The notes beneath the pieces were generated by a model that did not search any database, was not told the DNA's origin, and was given only the letters and a program-made list of their open reading frames with translations. A stretch of 64,000 nucleotides of DNA from Enterobacteria phage T6: the sequence record MH550421. The stretch is one strand, 5' to 3'. The number at the start of each line of letters is the position of its first letter. Position 1 is the stretch's first letter. Made by a program: the position numbers and the translations under genes. This document shows positions 9,269-18,851 of this stretch, one piece after another.

Positions 9269-11078
9269 GTTTTACTCGTTTTACCATTTCTTTCATTTTA
9301 CCTAAATTCCATGGAACAACGCTAGGAGTTCCAAGATAGCCACATGTTCTTCTTATGGTATTCATCTTTTTAGGATCAGTTTCTCCACAAATAGAACAAA
9401 CAAATCCGTTTTCAGTAGGAGTCATTTCATGGGTACTTCCACATGTAAAACATTTATCTACTGGCATATTAACACCAAAATAATCTAAATGTTGTGCAGC
9501 ATAATCCCATACGGCCTCAAGACCTTTTAAGTTATTTTTCATATCAGGAAGTTCAACATAAGAAATGTGACCACCTGTCGCAATGAAATGATATGGCGCT
9601 TCACGAGAAATCTTTTCAAACGGAGTAATATTTTCTTCTACTGAAACGTGGAAACTGTTAGTGTACCAGCCTTTATCGGTAACATCCTTTACACTTCCAT
9701 ATTTTTCTGTATCGAGTTTACAGAAGCGATAGCAAAGGTTTTCAGCAGGAGTAGAATATAAACTAAAAGCAAATCCGGTTCTTTCAGTCCACTGTTTAAG
9801 ATGAGCATTCATTTTAGTTAAAATTTCTCGTCCAATATCACGACCGACAAGAATATTCAATTCGTGAATACCAATGTATCCTAAAGATACTGAACTTCTG
9901 CCGTTTTTAAATAACTCAATTATGTCGTCATCAGGTTTAAGACGAACCCCGAATGCACCTTCTTGGTAAAGAATAGGGGCAACAGTAGCTTTAACTCCTT
10001 TTAAAGAACTAATTCTACACATCAAAGCTTCAAAACACAAATCCATTCGTTCATTGAATAATTCAACAAATTTCTGTTCATTGAATTGTGTTCCAATATA
10101 AGAATCTAACGCGATGCGAGGAAGATTCAGTGTTACAACACCAAGATTATTACGTCCATCAAGAATTTCATTACCAGTCGAATCTTTCCATACGCTCAAG
10201 AAACTACGGCAACCCATTGGAGAAACAGGAACAGATGAACCAGTGATAGCTTTATTATTCTTAGCTGAAATAATATCAGGATACATCCTTTTGCTTGCAC
10301 ACTCTAGAGCAAGCTGCTTAATATCATAGTTCGGGTCGTCTTTATAAAGATTAACACCTTCTTCAACGAACATAACAAGCTTAGGGAAAATAGGAGTTAT
10401 CCCATCACGACCAAGACCTTTAATACGATTTTTCAGAATTGCTTTCTGAATCATTCGTTCAGTCCAGTCAGTTCCCGTACCAAATGTAATTGTTACAAAA
10501 GGCGTTTGTCCGTTTGAACTAAAGAGAGTATTTACTTCATATTCATAAGCTTGAAATGCATCGTATACGTCTTTTTCTGTTTTAGATTGGGCATAATTCA
10601 ACGCATCAGCGATTTGCCATTTTTCTGCATCCTCAATATGTTTTGCATAGGTACGTTTAACATAAGGAGAAAGTACTTTATCTACATTCGCAAAAGTCGT
10701 TCCGCCGTATTGGTGAGAAGCAACCTGTGCAGTAATTTGTGCCATAATCGCAGTAGCAACGCCAATTGATTTAGGAGTTTCAATCTGTGCATTACCTAGC
10801 TTAAATCCGTTCTCAAGCATTCCTTTTAAATCTACTAAACAGCAATTAGTAAATGGAAGAGCAGGGGAATAATCAATATCATGGAAATGAATAATTCCGC
10901 TTTCATGCGCTTTCATAATAAAAGACGGGACCATATTTTTGGCAATGTGTTTAGACACAATACCAGCCATAAGGTCCCGTTGAGTTGGAAAAACACGAGA
11001 ATCTTTATTAGCATTCTCGTTTAAAAGGTCTTTATTAGTTTTATGAATCAATCCTTCAATTTCTTTTTCAATTGTCAT
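9261..11078 (-). CDS. nrdD: Anaerobic ribonucleoside-triphosphate reductase NrdD (continuous, intron-less)
   Basis: 605 aa continuous ORF; C-terminal glycyl-radical motif RTCGYLG and Zn ribbon CFTCGS...CSICG. Confidence 0.95.
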   Translation of the reverse strand: MTIEKEIEGLIHKTNKDLLNENANKDSRVFPTQRDLMAGIVSKHIAKNMVPSFIMKAHESGIIHFHDIDYSPALPFTNCCLVDLKGMLENGFKLGNAQIETPKSIGVATAIMAQITAQVASHQYGGTTFANVDKVLSPYVKRTYAKHIEDAEKWQIADALNYAQSKTEKDVYDAFQAYEYEVNTLFSSNGQTPFVTITFGTGTDWTERMIQKAILKNRIKGLGRDGITPIFPKLVMFVEEGVNLYKDDPNYDIKQLALECASKRMYPDIISAKNNKAITGSSVPVSPMGCRSFLSVWKDSTGNEILDGRNNLGVVTLNLPRIALDSYIGTQFNEQKFVELFNERMDLCFEALMCRISSLKGVKATVAPILYQEGAFGVRLKPDDDIIELFKNGRSSVSLGYIGIHELNILVGRDIGREILTKMNAHLKQWTERTGFAFSLYSTPAENLCYRFCKLDTEKYGSVKDVTDKGWYTNSFHVSVEENITPFEKISREAPYHFIATGGHISYVELPDMKNNLKGLEAVWDYAAQHLDYFGVNMPVDKCFTCGSTHEMTPTENGFVCSICGETDPKKMNTIRRTCGYLGTPSVVPWNLGKMKEMVKRVKHA

Positions 11079-11548
11079 TTTAAACTCTTTCTAAGCTGCT
11101 TCTTAAATGAAGCTATTAACTGTGTTTTGGTGTCAGATTCATTATATTCAAATCCTCTTTGAAGCATCTCGGCCATCATTTCCTCTTTTCCTAAACGAGA
11201 AAATTCCTTTGATTTATCTCCAACAAAGTTAGGGTGAATATTATTTTGGGTGTAATCGGATTTTAAGTAAGTAAGTAAATTTTCTAACCATTCAAGATAA
11301 TCAACACCTTGTCCCTTTAAGCCAGAACGATTAAATTTGTGCTTCATTTGACCTTCTGCAGCATTACAGAGATTACAAAGCAATCCACGTACCTTTCCTG
11401 CTTTTGGTCCATTTAATTCATGGTCATGATCAAGATGATTAGCTTGAACATCAGGATTTAGTTCTCGTTGGCAAATTAAGCATTTACCGTTTTGTGCATT
11501 ATAAAATTTTTGTTTTTCTTCTTTGTATAATTTGCCAGTCAATAACAT
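11075..11548 (-). CDS. 49: Endonuclease VII (Holliday junction resolvase) gp49
   Basis: 157 aa; MLLTGKLYKEEKQKFYNAQNGKCLICQRELNPDVQANHLDHDHELNGPKAG... matches T4 endo VII from memory. Confidence 0.95.
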   Translation of the reverse strand: MLLTGKLYKEEKQKFYNAQNGKCLICQRELNPDVQANHLDHDHELNGPKAGKVRGLLCNLCNAAEGQMKHKFNRSGLKGQGVDYLEWLENLLTYLKSDYTQNNIHPNFVGDKSKEFSRLGKEEMMAEMLQRGFEYNESDTKTQLIASFKKQLRKSLK

Positions 11549-11589
11549 AATAAACCCTTACCTTAAATAGATAAGGGTATTTATTATTT

Positions 11590-12075
11590 TCAAGTATTGT
11601 AAAACATTTGATGCAATCGCTTATATTGCCGAATCTTTTGGTCAGAAAAAGAAATTTGAGTTTCAAGCCATTCAATGTACTCTGCAGCAGCTTGCATTAA
11701 ATTTCCTTCATAGCCATCGTTATTTTCTTGTGCAGCTAATTTAGCTAATGCGTATGAAATACGTTCACCTTGAAAATCGGCTTTAGGCTTCTGAACAACT
11801 TGATTAGTTCGCTCTACAACTTCTTCAATTTCGCCATTTTCGACTGATTCAGTATTCCACAAACACCAATACGTAATTGGCTTATCGTAGATGTTAATAA
11901 TCTTTCCATCAGAAAGTTCAATTTCAATAATTCCAGTATCAGGTTCTATATCATCTTCACATTCTTTTGCAAGTTCACGAACCTTAAAGACAGTACCTGC
12001 ACTAAGTTCCGGCCAGTAATTACACAGCCCTGTATCAGCACGATTAATTCTAAACCACTTATCTACTGTAATCAT
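11590..12075 (-). CDS. pin: Probable Pin (protease inhibitor) homolog
   Basis: 161 aa from the internal Met; positional equivalent of T4 pin downstream of gene 49; sequence identity not verified. Confidence 0.6.
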   Translation of the reverse strand: MITVDKWFRINRADTGLCNYWPELSAGTVFKVRELAKECEDDIEPDTGIIEIELSDGKIINIYDKPITYWCLWNTESVENGEIEEVVERTNQVVQKPKADFQGERISYALAKLAAQENNDGYEGNLMQAAAEYIEWLETQISFSDQKIRQYKRLHQMFYNT

Positions 12076-12197
12076 GTCCCATCTCCATATCAATTATGTC
12101 ATTTATTGTAGGTTCATTATATACTGTTTCTTCATCAGTGTAAACCGGTTCTTCCAGCTCTGGCTCTACAGTTTCCCATCTAGCCGCCCACCAAGGT

Positions 12198-12368
12198 TTA
12201 ACCCCGAAGCTTATTAAGTTCTTCATAATCAATCCAGGATTCTAATCCTGATGGCAAATCAGATTCAATTTCCCAAAGAAGCTCTTCAATTTTCTGAAGA
12301 CGATCTAGTTCTTCAGCTGGAATAGTAACCATTGATGGAGTTCTTGATACACTAATATCGTAAATCAT
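12198..12368 (-). CDS. Hypothetical small acidic protein
   Basis: Short ORF (56 aa from the internal Met; track ORF 12198-12392). Confidence 0.4.
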   Translation of the reverse strand: MIYDISVSRTPSMVTIPAEELDRLQKIEELLWEIESDLPSGLESWIDYEELNKLRG

Positions 12369-12370
12369 AT

Positions 12371-12586
12371 TTACCCCAGTTTGACCATGCAATCACCGTA
12401 TTTCCACTTAGAAATAGACTTTTCACCATTAGAATAATAAACTTCGAGTTTAGCACGATTATTTTTAATTTGAATAACCTTGGCTGTCATCAAAGTTCCA
12501 TACCCATAATAAACTGCAACTTCATCACCTACATATACCGCGCTTCCGCGGTAATCATGGATATAATCAGTTCCTTCGAGCATCAT
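12371..12586 (-). CDS. Hypothetical protein
   Basis: 71 aa ORF, stop overlaps nrdC start. Confidence 0.5.
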   Translation of the reverse strand: MMLEGTDYIHDYRGSAVYVGDEVAVYYGYGTLMTAKVIQIKNNRAKLEVYYSNGEKSISKWKYGDCMVKLG

Positions 12587-12846
12587 TTAAAGTATTCCCG
12601 CAATTGGTCAAATCCACCAATATGACTTCCATCAGGAGCAAATACCTGAGGCATCGTCAAACCAATTTGAGTATCACGACCTAGTTTCGTCAGAAGCTCA
12701 GCAATTTTCTCATCATCAAAAACACCTTTTTCCGGCATAATGTTGATAAATTCAAACGGCTGTTTCTTCACGGTCAAAAGACGTTTTGCATTATCACAAT
12801 ACACACATTTATGAATGTTGCTATCATAACCATATACTTTAAACAT
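12583..12846 (-). CDS. nrdC: Thioredoxin/glutaredoxin NrdC
   Basis: 87 aa; CVYC active site; matches T4 NrdC from memory. Confidence 0.9.
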   Translation of the reverse strand: MFKVYGYDSNIHKCVYCDNAKRLLTVKKQPFEFINIMPEKGVFDDEKIAELLTKLGRDTQIGLTMPQVFAPDGSHIGGFDQLREYFK

Positions 12847-12847
12847 A

Positions 12848-13090
12848 TTATTCCTTAATTCCTAGTACTTGTTTAAAAGTCTCGTCGTAATCAAGACTTT
12901 GGCCAGTTTGTTCTTTATGTTTGTATATAATATCACTTACTTCTGATAGCATATTTTTATATGAACGAGTTAAAGCTGATTTAAGCACGCTGTATCTATC
13001 AGGAAATTTACCATGTTCATTATAATAAGCTATTGCTAATTCACGGACTGCCTTTTCAGCAGTCTCCATATATTCTTTACGCTTGGTCAT
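12848..13090 (-). CDS. Hypothetical protein
   Basis: 80 aa ORF. Confidence 0.55.
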
Positions 13091-13092
13091 TC

Positions 13093-13461
13093 TTAATCCA
13101 AAATATTATTAGGCATTGGTTGAACACTCGCAAGTTCTTTAAAGAACTCAGTAGAGTCAGGTAATTTAATCATTTCCGGAGCATGCTTACTAAATTTATG
13201 TTTACAATGACGACATTTATATTCAAGCTCTGGTTTACGCCAATTAATCAATTGGACCTGTTCAGTACCGCACTCAGGACAATTAGGAACGTTTTTAGAA
13301 GCCCTTTCACGACGTTCAACCATAACCATAATAGCGTCCCATGCTGGAGGTTTAAAATCTAAATCGTCAGTAACTAACAGTCCTTTATCAAACCCAGCGC
13401 ATGGAGTCCATTCAGGAAAATCTGAAGCTTCTGCAATATCTTCTAATAGACGCTTTTTCAT
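13093..13461 (-). CDS. Hypothetical protein with Cys4 zinc-ribbon
   Basis: 122 aa; CPECGTEQ...CRHCKHKF. Confidence 0.55.
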
Positions 13462-14384
13462 TTCAATACCTCAATAGCATTACGTAAACCATTTGCTTTG
13501 GCGGTTAAAGCCTTAAGAACTTTAGTATGCTCTTCAATTTGTTTTTCAACTTCAATCAAACGAGCATTGAGATATTCGCGTTCTTCTTTCATAGTATCAT
13601 TCCCATGATTGAATTTTGGCGTAGGTTTAAATTCACTAGGGTCCTTTAATTTAATAACAAATTTAGTTTCAAACAGTGAAAGACCATAATTCGTATTATC
13701 ATCAAAGGATTCAACTACGTCCATTTTAGACAATAACGTACGAAGATTATAAGTCAAAGAACGAATCGTTTTATTATGTTTATTAGCTTCACATGGTTTC
13801 ATATATGGAAGATTTTTATATATTTCATGCGGAGCACAAACAATAATTGACAATTCAAATGGTCCATTCTGTGATGATGGAATGAATTTAGCCGTAACCC
13901 AATCTTTTACATTTACATTAATAGTACGATCATCGCCATGACAAAACAGTCTACGAGAATGCTTAAAAAGCATATTCACATTATTATTAAATTCGTGTGA
14001 AAACTCACTGGCAAATTTTTCTTTACTATTTTTAGAAAACCATTCTTCTAAATAAGTTCTTTTCACGTCATTAATAATATTAAATGTAACAACATTATCA
14101 TTTGATACATTAGTCTCAATGTAGCTTGGATACATAAATTTTTTAACATTATTAACAGCTATCACAGAAGATAGTAATCGGGAACGTTTGAACCACTCGA
14201 GCAAAGAACCAAGAGAATGTGAATATGCATTTTGTGTATCTTTACAAATATGGTTTTCCCATCCAATATAGTCTAAAAAATCACGAAGAATATTATTGAT
14301 TACTGCTCTGTGTCCTATCTGATAATTACGATGTTTAGTAATAAGACTGTCAAAATAATCAATATAATGTTTACGAGTTTTCAT
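13458..14384 (-). CDS. Hypothetical protein, tandem family member A (C-terminal coiled coil)
   Basis: 308 aa ORF; heptad-rich C-terminal tail; weak shared mid-protein motif with the next three ORFs. Confidence 0.6.
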   Translation of the reverse strand: MKTRKHYIDYFDSLITKHRNYQIGHRAVINNILRDFLDYIGWENHICKDTQNAYSHSLGSLLEWFKRSRLLSSVIAVNNVKKFMYPSYIETNVSNDNVVTFNIINDVKRTYLEEWFSKNSKEKFASEFSHEFNNNVNMLFKHSRRLFCHGDDRTINVNVKDWVTAKFIPSSQNGPFELSIIVCAPHEIYKNLPYMKPCEANKHNKTIRSLTYNLRTLLSKMDVVESFDDNTNYGLSLFETKFVIKLKDPSEFKPTPKFNHGNDTMKEEREYLNARLIEVEKQIEEHTKVLKALTAKANGLRNAIEVLK

Positions 14385-14436
14385 GTTCTTCTCACTTGGT
14401 TAATGGTTTATACTCCGAGCCATCCTTGGCTTTAAA

Positions 14437-15438
14437 TTACTTAATTAACTGTAAAGCTTGTTCAAGACGATCCAGGCGATTAACAGATTCTTCCCAAATC
14501 CTTTTAGCCTGCTCATATTCTTTCTGTGCTTTATTAGAAATTTCTAGAACTTCTTTATAAGCTTTTTCTAGTGCAATAACTTCTGGACGAATTTCTACCG
14601 GTTCAGGTGAATCGTCAAGACATTCCATTAGTTCCTCAAGGGTAGTTTCTTCTTTAGGAGTATTCACAATTTCATCACATTTTTGTTGGTAAATTTCTTT
14701 ATCAGTAGGTGAATAAGCACATTTCACTTCACGAAGACTAATTACAATTTTATATCCTTCCCAGCCGCATATATTCTTAAAAGGATATGTATGAATATTT
14801 TCTACTGTTTCCATACAAAGTAATGCGGTCTCTAATTGACGAGTTATAGTGCTAGCAATTGAGAAAAATTTATTAATATTCTTTTGGTTAGTTTCTGGTG
14901 TAAAAAATCCATAATTCACAAAAATAGCTACTTTATTTTTATCAAGTTCATATTCTTTTATGATAATCATATCAGAAGCCAAAGGATGAATTTGACGATA
15001 ATCGCCATAACATAATTTAGAAGCTGATTTTAGAAGTTGCTTCTTGAAAAGTCTGAAATTACTAACCCAACGACGAGTAAAAATATTCTCAGGGTCTTCT
15101 TTATTATTAAGATGATAAGAATTAACATCACCGAACCAATTGTATCCTACTACATCTTTAGTTCGTTTAATTTCTTTCCCAAATTTACTAAGAATATCTT
15201 GATTAACTAAATATGAAAGAAGACGAGACCCTTTAAAGGTTTCCTTAATATCATCTTTATCTGCACGACTAGAAATTTTATGAACTTCATGAATAAATTT
15301 GCTGGAAGAAACAATACTTGCATCAGTATTATTGAGCCATTGATTGATAATGGAAATAACGCTATTCTGACTAGACATAGGTTTAACTTTATCATCAATA
15401 ACGCTGTTGAATGATTTGATATATTCGTTACGAGTCAT
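14437..15438 (-). CDS. Hypothetical protein, tandem family member B (C-terminal coiled coil)
   Basis: Start placed at MTRNEY preceded by gaggag SD; the longer track ORF (to 15489) would run across the promoter at 15467-15496. Confidence 0.6.
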   Translation of the reverse strand: MTRNEYIKSFNSVIDDKVKPMSSQNSVISIINQWLNNTDASIVSSSKFIHEVHKISSRADKDDIKETFKGSRLLSYLVNQDILSKFGKEIKRTKDVVGYNWFGDVNSYHLNNKEDPENIFTRRWVSNFRLFKKQLLKSASKLCYGDYRQIHPLASDMIIIKEYELDKNKVAIFVNYGFFTPETNQKNINKFFSIASTITRQLETALLCMETVENIHTYPFKNICGWEGYKIVISLREVKCAYSPTDKEIYQQKCDEIVNTPKEETTLEELMECLDDSPEPVEIRPEVIALEKAYKEVLEISNKAQKEYEQAKRIWEESVNRLDRLEQALQLIK

Positions 15439-15466
15439 ATTAATCTCCTCAGTAGAAAGTAAGAAC

Positions 15467-15496
15467 ATTATACCACATCCTTGTGGCAAAGTAAAC
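15467..15496 (-). promoter_or_regulatory. T4-type early promoter
   Basis: Minus strand GTTTACT - 17 nt - TATAAT. Confidence 0.6.
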
Positions 15497-16518
15497 TAGT
15501 TTAGTGCATTTAGTGCATTTTTCAGTTTAGAACGTTGCTTCGTGAGATTTTTGACTTTTTCTTGAGCTTTTTCTAGCATCTTTTCAGCTTCTAACACTTC
15601 ATTAGTTGCTTTAACGAGTTCATCATCTACTGCCTTGATAGACTTCTCAATCGCATCCGCGTGCCATTTTTCAACAGGTTTAAGACTCGGATTTTCAATA
15701 GGAAGAAAATTCACTTTATTAAGTTTACATGCATCTATATTGCTTGAGCTATACATCCAAAATTTAGGATCGTTTGAGGAGTAATTAGATGAATTTAAGG
15801 TATCTTGCACTTCTTGCTTTTTCTCTTGCGGGACTTCGTCCTTTCTCAAAAAATCGTATTTAAATGAAACGACCATATCAAGTTCATATGTTGTTGTATG
15901 TTCCCAATTTCGCTCAAAACGAGGTAAAATCTTAGAATGAACAGTGGCAACAACATCCATATACTTAAATGCTTCTGTCAACTGTGATTTAAGGCATTCA
16001 CAAATTGAAAGAGAATTTTTTGTATTAGGTTTAAAGCTAATTCGTGCAGTTCTATTATTTTCTTTTAACGGTCTTACTTCCATCTGAAGAGTATAACCGT
16101 CAAATTTCAGATTCTTTAAGTTAATATCAGAACCTTTTAATCGACTAGCAGTAGACAAAATTTGCTTTAATTGTTTACGGAATAGAGCAATAAATCTCCA
16201 TTCAAGACGATAATGATTTGGATTAAAAAATCCAGTTGATAGATCGGTCTTACTTTGACCAACGCCTCGAACAAATAGAGGATTTTTATAATCAATAGTT
16301 TTACAGAAATCAACGAGCTGCTCGCGAGCAGTCATTTGTGTAATATACCCTGATTCATTAAAATTACGCACCCATTCACTGCTGTTCAGATGTTTAAAGG
16401 CGTGAATGGAACAATTAACTTTATTAAGGTCTAAATTATTTTCACACAAAAATGTCATAACATCACGAGTATAGCTGGCATTACGAACCATATCTTCAAT
16501 TTGAGAACGAGTTTTCAT
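15496..16518 (-). CDS. Hypothetical protein, tandem family member C (C-terminal coiled coil)
   Basis: 340 aa ORF; motif FIALFRKQLKQILSTASRL similar to B and D. Confidence 0.6.
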   Translation of the reverse strand: MKTRSQIEDMVRNASYTRDVMTFLCENNLDLNKVNCSIHAFKHLNSSEWVRNFNESGYITQMTAREQLVDFCKTIDYKNPLFVRGVGQSKTDLSTGFFNPNHYRLEWRFIALFRKQLKQILSTASRLKGSDINLKNLKFDGYTLQMEVRPLKENNRTARISFKPNTKNSLSICECLKSQLTEAFKYMDVVATVHSKILPRFERNWEHTTTYELDMVVSFKYDFLRKDEVPQEKKQEVQDTLNSSNYSSNDPKFWMYSSSNIDACKLNKVNFLPIENPSLKPVEKWHADAIEKSIKAVDDELVKATNEVLEAEKMLEKAQEKVKNLTKQRSKLKNALNALN

Positions 16519-16526
16519 GGTGTTCC

Positions 16527-17438
16527 TTAAGATTTAAGTAAATCAACAATTTTAATTAACTTTTCACGCTCAGATTTAGCTTTACTACTCAATCCAGATA
16601 GTCTGAAAATTTCATCATCATATTGTTGAATAGAAATATTTAGCTCTTCAATTTGCTTATTAAAATACTCAATTTGTTCAGAATGTTTTTCGTTACTACG
16701 AACTGGTACAGGTTTTGTAGGCAATTTAGTTAAACTGGATTCATCCGGGCGATAAATTAAAATGCAATTTGAACCAATCGGGCATTTAGCACCAGACACA
16801 TATTCTAATGTTCCGGCTTCTTTTAAAACTTCAAAAGCTAAACAGAGATGATGCCCCATATTAACATAATCTGTAGAGCGAGCTCTGACGTAATAATCAT
16901 CGCCGCGAATACTAAATTTAAAGCATTTAAGGTCTTCTGTATTATTGGTCTTAAAAATCATTTGTTTATCTAGACCTTTAGCTAATCGAGCGCCTAATGC
17001 TAATAATCGTCGTTGATTTTCCAACAAATCCGCAATCATTTGATCGAATGATAATTTCGGCATTAGTCGACCATAAAGGTCATATCCTTTATTATAATTA
17101 CGAAGGATTTCACTCGCGTTAATACGAGACAACGCTCCAATTTTATTAAGGGCTTTCATAATGCGATTAGATAAACTCATTCCAGACCCGTTTGTTCGCT
17201 GTAAATGTTTTTCTAATCCAAATCCAATATCAACTTTAAATTTATCTAAAATTTTGGCATGAACATCTCTGTCAATAACATTCAAATCCAAAGTTGGGTT
17301 AAATCTATGAAAAAATTTATCTGGCTCTCCACGACGAAATACAGTCCATTCATTTAATTTTTTATTAACTAAAGATTTAATTACTGCATTGACATTATTA
17401 ATTACTACTGACATATTTTCCTCACTCAATTTTACCAA
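16527..17438 (-). CDS. Hypothetical protein, tandem family member D (C-terminal coiled coil)
   Basis: 303 aa ORF. Confidence 0.6.
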   Translation of the reverse strand: MVKLSEENMSVVINNVNAVIKSLVNKKLNEWTVFRRGEPDKFFHRFNPTLDLNVIDRDVHAKILDKFKVDIGFGLEKHLQRTNGSGMSLSNRIMKALNKIGALSRINASEILRNYNKGYDLYGRLMPKLSFDQMIADLLENQRRLLALGARLAKGLDKQMIFKTNNTEDLKCFKFSIRGDDYYVRARSTDYVNMGHHLCLAFEVLKEAGTLEYVSGAKCPIGSNCILIYRPDESSLTKLPTKPVPVRSNEKHSEQIEYFNKQIEELNISIQQYDDEIFRLSGLSSKAKSEREKLIKIVDLLKS

Positions 17439-17823
17439 TTACGCGGAATAAGATTGAACAGACTATATAAGTACCACATATAGATTGAACTAATGCCATT
17501 CCAAAGAACCAAACAATATTATCAAACCACGTCTGTTTTACGTCGAAAGGACGTAAACTTACAGTAATATTATCGCCTTTTTCTATTGATGAATACATCT
17601 CTGGTGAAATATATTCGCTAAATCTATAACCGTCTTTGAGTTCATATACGGCAATAAACGATAAACTAGACCCCTTTCCTTGAGTTCCTGTAAGGGTATT
17701 AACTACAGTAACATCATAATCTTTATAATGCATATAATCATTAATTGCGTAATAACCATATGCAACTACTACACATAAACAGCATATCAATAAATTCAAT
17801 CTTTTAATTATCAACTGTTTCAT
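17422..17823 (-). CDS. Hypothetical membrane protein
   Basis: 133 aa; hydrophobic N- and C-terminal segments. Confidence 0.55.
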   Translation of the reverse strand: MKQLIIKRLNLLICCLCVVVAYGYYAINDYMHYKDYDVTVVNTLTGTQGKGSSLSFIAVYELKDGYRFSEYISPEMYSSIEKGDNITVSLRPFDVKQTWFDNIVWFFGMALVQSICGTYIVCSILFRVIGKIE

Positions 17824-17878
17824 AATAATCTCAATTAAAAGGGCTTAGAACCATTATACCATCCTTGGTATAAAGCGG

Positions 17879-18406
17879 TTATGCGAGTACCGTCTTTAAC
17901 CGTTCTTCAAACTTCCGAAGAGTATTTTGGCGTTCAGCTCTTTGCTTTTTGTAAGTTTCAATACGCTCTGAAATGAGAGTGTATCGTTCATTTACTGATT
18001 CTTTCATAAAATCAGGAATTTCACGAGAAGCTTTAATCTCGTCAAATTTATCAATAACAGCTTGCTCTTCAGCAATTAAGTTATCATACATCAAAATATC
18101 TTTCTTGATGAACTCAATATCTTCTTGAGTTACACGAGATAATTTAGATGCTTTATCCTTTTTGTACTGTTCGTTAGTATCACGAGACCAGTGTAATGTA
18201 CGATTTTTATTCGTGTTCTTGTAAATTTCTACAATACCAATCTCATCAATAATAACGATCCAATTCCAACGGGATTTGTAAATTTGTCCTCCATCAACTG
18301 TGATTTCACCTCCGATTGAGATGTCATTAAAGAACTTGCTTTGTGCTTCAGATTTAAATTTACCATCGTTGTAATTTACCAGGTTGAAAATATCTTTAGC
18401 GTTCAT
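17879..18406 (-). CDS. Hypothetical protein
   Basis: 175 aa from Met MNAKDIF; the longer track ORF start reads through the promoter at 18435-18464. Confidence 0.55.
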   Translation of the reverse strand: MNAKDIFNLVNYNDGKFKSEAQSKFFNDISIGGEITVDGGQIYKSRWNWIVIIDEIGIVEIYKNTNKNRTLHWSRDTNEQYKKDKASKLSRVTQEDIEFIKKDILMYDNLIAEEQAVIDKFDEIKASREIPDFMKESVNERYTLISERIETYKKQRAERQNTLRKFEERLKTVLA

Positions 18407-18434
18407 TTTCTGTTCCTCCGTAGTTGATAGTTGT

Positions 18435-18464
18435 ATAGTACCACAGAGGAACGGTCTTGTAAAC
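18435..18464 (-). promoter_or_regulatory. T4-type early promoter
   Basis: Minus strand GTTTACA - 17 nt - TACTAT with upstream A/T-rich element. Confidence 0.6.
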
Positions 18465-18466
18465 AA

Positions 18467-18781
18467 CTAAAAGAAACTTCTTTCACAATTTTTTCCACTG
18501 AACCACGCGCTCACTGCTTTCTTAGTCTCAGGAGCAGTGTTATCCATAAACCATTCAAAGGCAGCCTTTTTATGATTCTGGAGGGCTTCTCGGGCTTTAA
18601 TCTGCTCGCGGTCTATTAACACTAACATATGAGCCTTTCTTGTCACCAGGGGCTTCTTATGATTTTTTGAATACTCCCAATCATTTGTCCATCGCATCGT
18701 TGTTGCGAATTGAAATACAGCTTCTTTAATCTTAGTTTCGTAAATTTCACGAGCCTTTGAGTATAACATCATTACCTCCAT
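18467..18781 (-). CDS. Hypothetical protein
   Basis: 104 aa ORF. Confidence 0.5.
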   Translation of the reverse strand: MEVMMLYSKAREIYETKIKEAVFQFATTMRWTNDWEYSKNHKKPLVTRKAHMLVLIDREQIKAREALQNHKKAAFEWFMDNTAPETKKAVSAWFSGKNCERSFF

Positions 18782-18851
18782 TTACCAGTTTAATTCTAGT
18801 CATCTTTTTGATGGCAGTCCATATAATCTATTTCTGAACTGCCTTTTTGTC

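Noticed and set aside
9261-11078. Possible group I intron in nrdD (expected from T4)
   Set aside because: The ORF is continuous for 605 aa with no frame break or intron-sized insertion.
15207-15398. 63-aa ORF inside family member B
   Set aside because: Alternative frame within a longer, better-supported ORF on the same strand.
17840-17878. Possible promoter (TATAAT at 17853-17858 on the minus strand)
   Set aside because: No -35 element at 17-bp spacing; not reported as a feature.
18407-18466. Apparent conserved N-terminal peptide (YGTIQLST) shared by ORFs 17879-18466, 19568-20704 and 24379-24612
   Set aside because: It is the in-frame translation of the early promoter -10 region (agttgatagttgtatagtacc) that recurs upstream of each gene. 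True starts are the downstream Mets with Shine-Dalgarno sequences.
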